Shown: positions 62,171 to 64,000 of the stretch, in pieces
Position numbering within the stretch: the first letter of the stretch is position 1
How the letters are laid out: each line of letters starts with the position of its first letter
Source: Camelus ferus
Taxonomy: Eukaryota
Direction of reading: 5' to 3'
Length of the DNA stretch: 64,000 nt
Assembly: GCF_009834535.1 (NCBI RefSeq)
Contig: NC_045714.1
Location: 18,414,001-18,478,000, forward strand
Notes under the pieces: generated by a model
Databases searched by the model: none
What the model was told of the DNA's origin: nothing
What the model saw: the letters and a program-made list of their open reading frames with translations, nothing else
Position numbers and translations under genes: made by a program

Positions 62171-63757
62171 AACAAACACACGCTCCGCGCAGAGGAATGA
62201 ATTGTAGATAATGCCTGACACTAATGAAGATAATTACGAGAGTAATTGCATTACTATCTCTGCGGGAATGACAGATAAACAAGTGGTTTGGTTTATGGGA
62301 TTTTTCAGCACGAGTATTTCCCCCAGGAGAATATTCTTCTCCACAGTGATCATGAATCAGCTTGATTTGACCCCATTAAGCTGTGTTATCTGCGTCCTGG
62401 TAACCTTTGCGTGTTTGGCACAAGCTGCTCTGATAAAAATGTCATCAGAGGGGCAACAGAGCAGCGCAGATGTGAAAATCTTCCTGTCTGTGAAAGTCAC
62501 AGCGGCTTCAGCTGGATCTTTGTGCTGAAATACACGTTTTAAAACGAAGGATGAAACCGCAGGGCGGGGGGGGGGGGTTGGCGGTGAGGAGGGTGGATCA
62601 GATTATTCTGATTTATGTTAATACTAAATTATGAGCCAGATTTATGCTCGCTGAAATGCGCTACAATAAATCATGTTTTAGGGAAATGCTTTAAATATGA
62701 ATTTTCCCCAATTTTTAAACTTGGCAGAGAAAACAACATGGTGATCTTTGTTTCTTTCACATTTATGGAATCTTAGGGGTTTGGCCAAACCAGTTCAGGG
62801 TATTTCAACCATTTAAACCTCAAGAGTTAAACGGTCAAACCCCAAATTTTTAATGTCACAATCACTTAAGTTAAGCTGGAAAGCAACGACAGCAAAACAG
62901 AACTACAGACGTAGTTGAATAAATAAGATGGGTTACAGATGACTCACTCACTGTCCTAAAAATGGGCTTTCTGAGAGCTTCTAGAAAGGATTTCTAAAGT
63001 CCTTCACCATTGAATTTCACTGCCTGGTCCTACACACTGAAAAACAGAACTCAGGCATCTGTAGCCAAAGCTCTGTTTTTAAGCCTGGAAGATGTCTCAG
63101 TGCGTATTCTGGCAGAAGGGTGTTAAGAAAACCATCTTCGTGATGTCAGCCAAAAGCTTACTTCCACAACAGTCAGCTAGGGATTGATAGCAGAATCTGG
63201 AGATTCTTATCTACATTATTTGGTTTGCTGCTTGTACTTGTTTCAATGTACAGTGTGTAAATCAACTCCAAGTGCAGAAGGAGAGGAACTCTGTTTCGAA
63301 TGTGTTTCTATGTTACATATATGATCGTGTGTAACATCGTCCCAATCCTATACCATGGAGTTAAATATATGAATGTTCAACTCAAGGTGCTACATCTTGT
63401 GATGGATGCCAAAGGATTTTCTACCAGCTGGGCACATGCAGGCTACATGGTGAATAAAAGCTGAGAATTTAATATCACATCCTGAAGGTCACCAGGTTGG
63501 CACTTGGCCAAATGCGAAGGTAAAAGAAATCCTGCAGGACCAGGATTTCCAGGCAAAACTGTGACCTTCCCGTCTCATTAAGTTCAAATCTGAGGCATTC
63601 ACATGGCTGCTGGGCTGCACTTTGATAGGAAAAAAAAAATCACTAGAGCAGAGTCTACATTCACCACTAATCTTTTCCGTGTTTTTTTTTTTCTCCTTTC
63701 TTCCCCATTCCTTCTGTTCTTCTCCAAAAGGTATTTGTTAAATAAGATACCTTGTTA

Positions 63758-63910
63758 GAGGGGAGGGTATAGCTCAGTGGTAAAGTGTGTGCCTTGCATG
63801 CACCAGGTCCTGGGTTCAATCCCCAGTCCCTCCATTAAAATAAAAAAGTGAAAATAAAGCTAATTACTTCCCCAAAACAAAAAAATAAATAAAATAGTTT
63901 TTTTAAAAAA
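63758..63910 (+). mobile_element. Vic-1-like SINE
   Basis: gaggggagggtatagctcagtggtaaagtgtgtgccttgcatgcaccaggtcctgggttcaatccccagtccctcc...aaagctaattacttcccc plus an A tail. Confidence 0.88.
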
Positions 63911-64000
63911 GATATATTGGTAAAATTGCTGTTATGTGTATGCACTAATATTCCTTAGATTGTTTTTAAGTTTCATGATTAGGATCATTGCAAAAGTCCA

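Larger units (their letters stand above)
1..64000 (-). other. CFAP61: CFAP61 gene body (partial; 5 internal exons plus introns, gene continues past both window ends)
   Basis: Five exons join in frame to VQRSGAHSLTSALHYLVPVRPRRQIVYPLEKLG...SYALNHTNRKLTLEPKITINAKIVVVGASSVG...HGLPGKKLLG...YDHLVLCTGLQYQVPCPT...WIRNNSITAEG, recognised as CFAP61/C20orf26. Introns inside the window: 27,664, 14,856, 4,797 and 9,773 nt. Confidence 0.95.

Noticed and set aside
61239-62221. Multiple long ORFs on both strands (up to 243 aa)
   Set aside because: Expected in a very GC-rich CpG island; only the 135-nt exon A portion has splice signals and homology.
6356-63910. Four tRNA-like sequences with A/B boxes (6356, 33059, 38783, 63758)
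   Set aside because: No intact cloverleaf; all carry a shared non-tRNA tail, A-rich ends and in some cases TSDs, so they are SINEs, not tRNA genes.
1-64000. Prokaryote-type systems (CRISPR arrays, operons, defence islands) or a horizontally acquired cassette
   Set aside because: No regularly spaced repeat-spacer arrays, no dense ORF clusters, and the whole window is interspersed with mammalian repeats.

Overview
Mammalian genomic DNA, most likely a camelid: four copies of a tRNA-derived SINE match the Vic-1 family as I recall it. The whole window lies inside the gene CFAP61 (C20orf26) on the minus strand. Five internal coding exons were mapped by hand: 62043-61909, 34244-34117, 19260-19162, 14364-14196 and 4422-4248. 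All have AG/GT boundaries and join in one continuous frame (706 nt, phases 0-0-2-2-0-1), encoding the region that carries the FAD/NAD(P)-binding-like domain. The rest is intronic: L1 fragments, Vic-1-like SINEs, MIR, L2, MLT1 LTRs, MER5, MER58A, an internally deleted Tigger1, microsatellites, several small CpG islands and four N gaps. Almost all ORFs in the supplied track are spurious. I found no new protein-coding system, RNA gene or CRISPR array. Most interesting signals: (1) focal CpG islands that look like ancient repeats and exons rewritten by strong AT-to-GC bias, consistent with gBGC hotspots; (2) a recursive-splice-like AG|GTGAGT motif at the start of the exon after a 27.7 kb intron; (3) a candidate 49-nt poison exon; (4) an apparent L1 3' transduction nested in another L1; (5) palindromic or composite TF sites that may be enhancers of the neighbouring INSM1 gene. 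Repeat-family names and human orthologue comparisons come from memory and need database confirmation.
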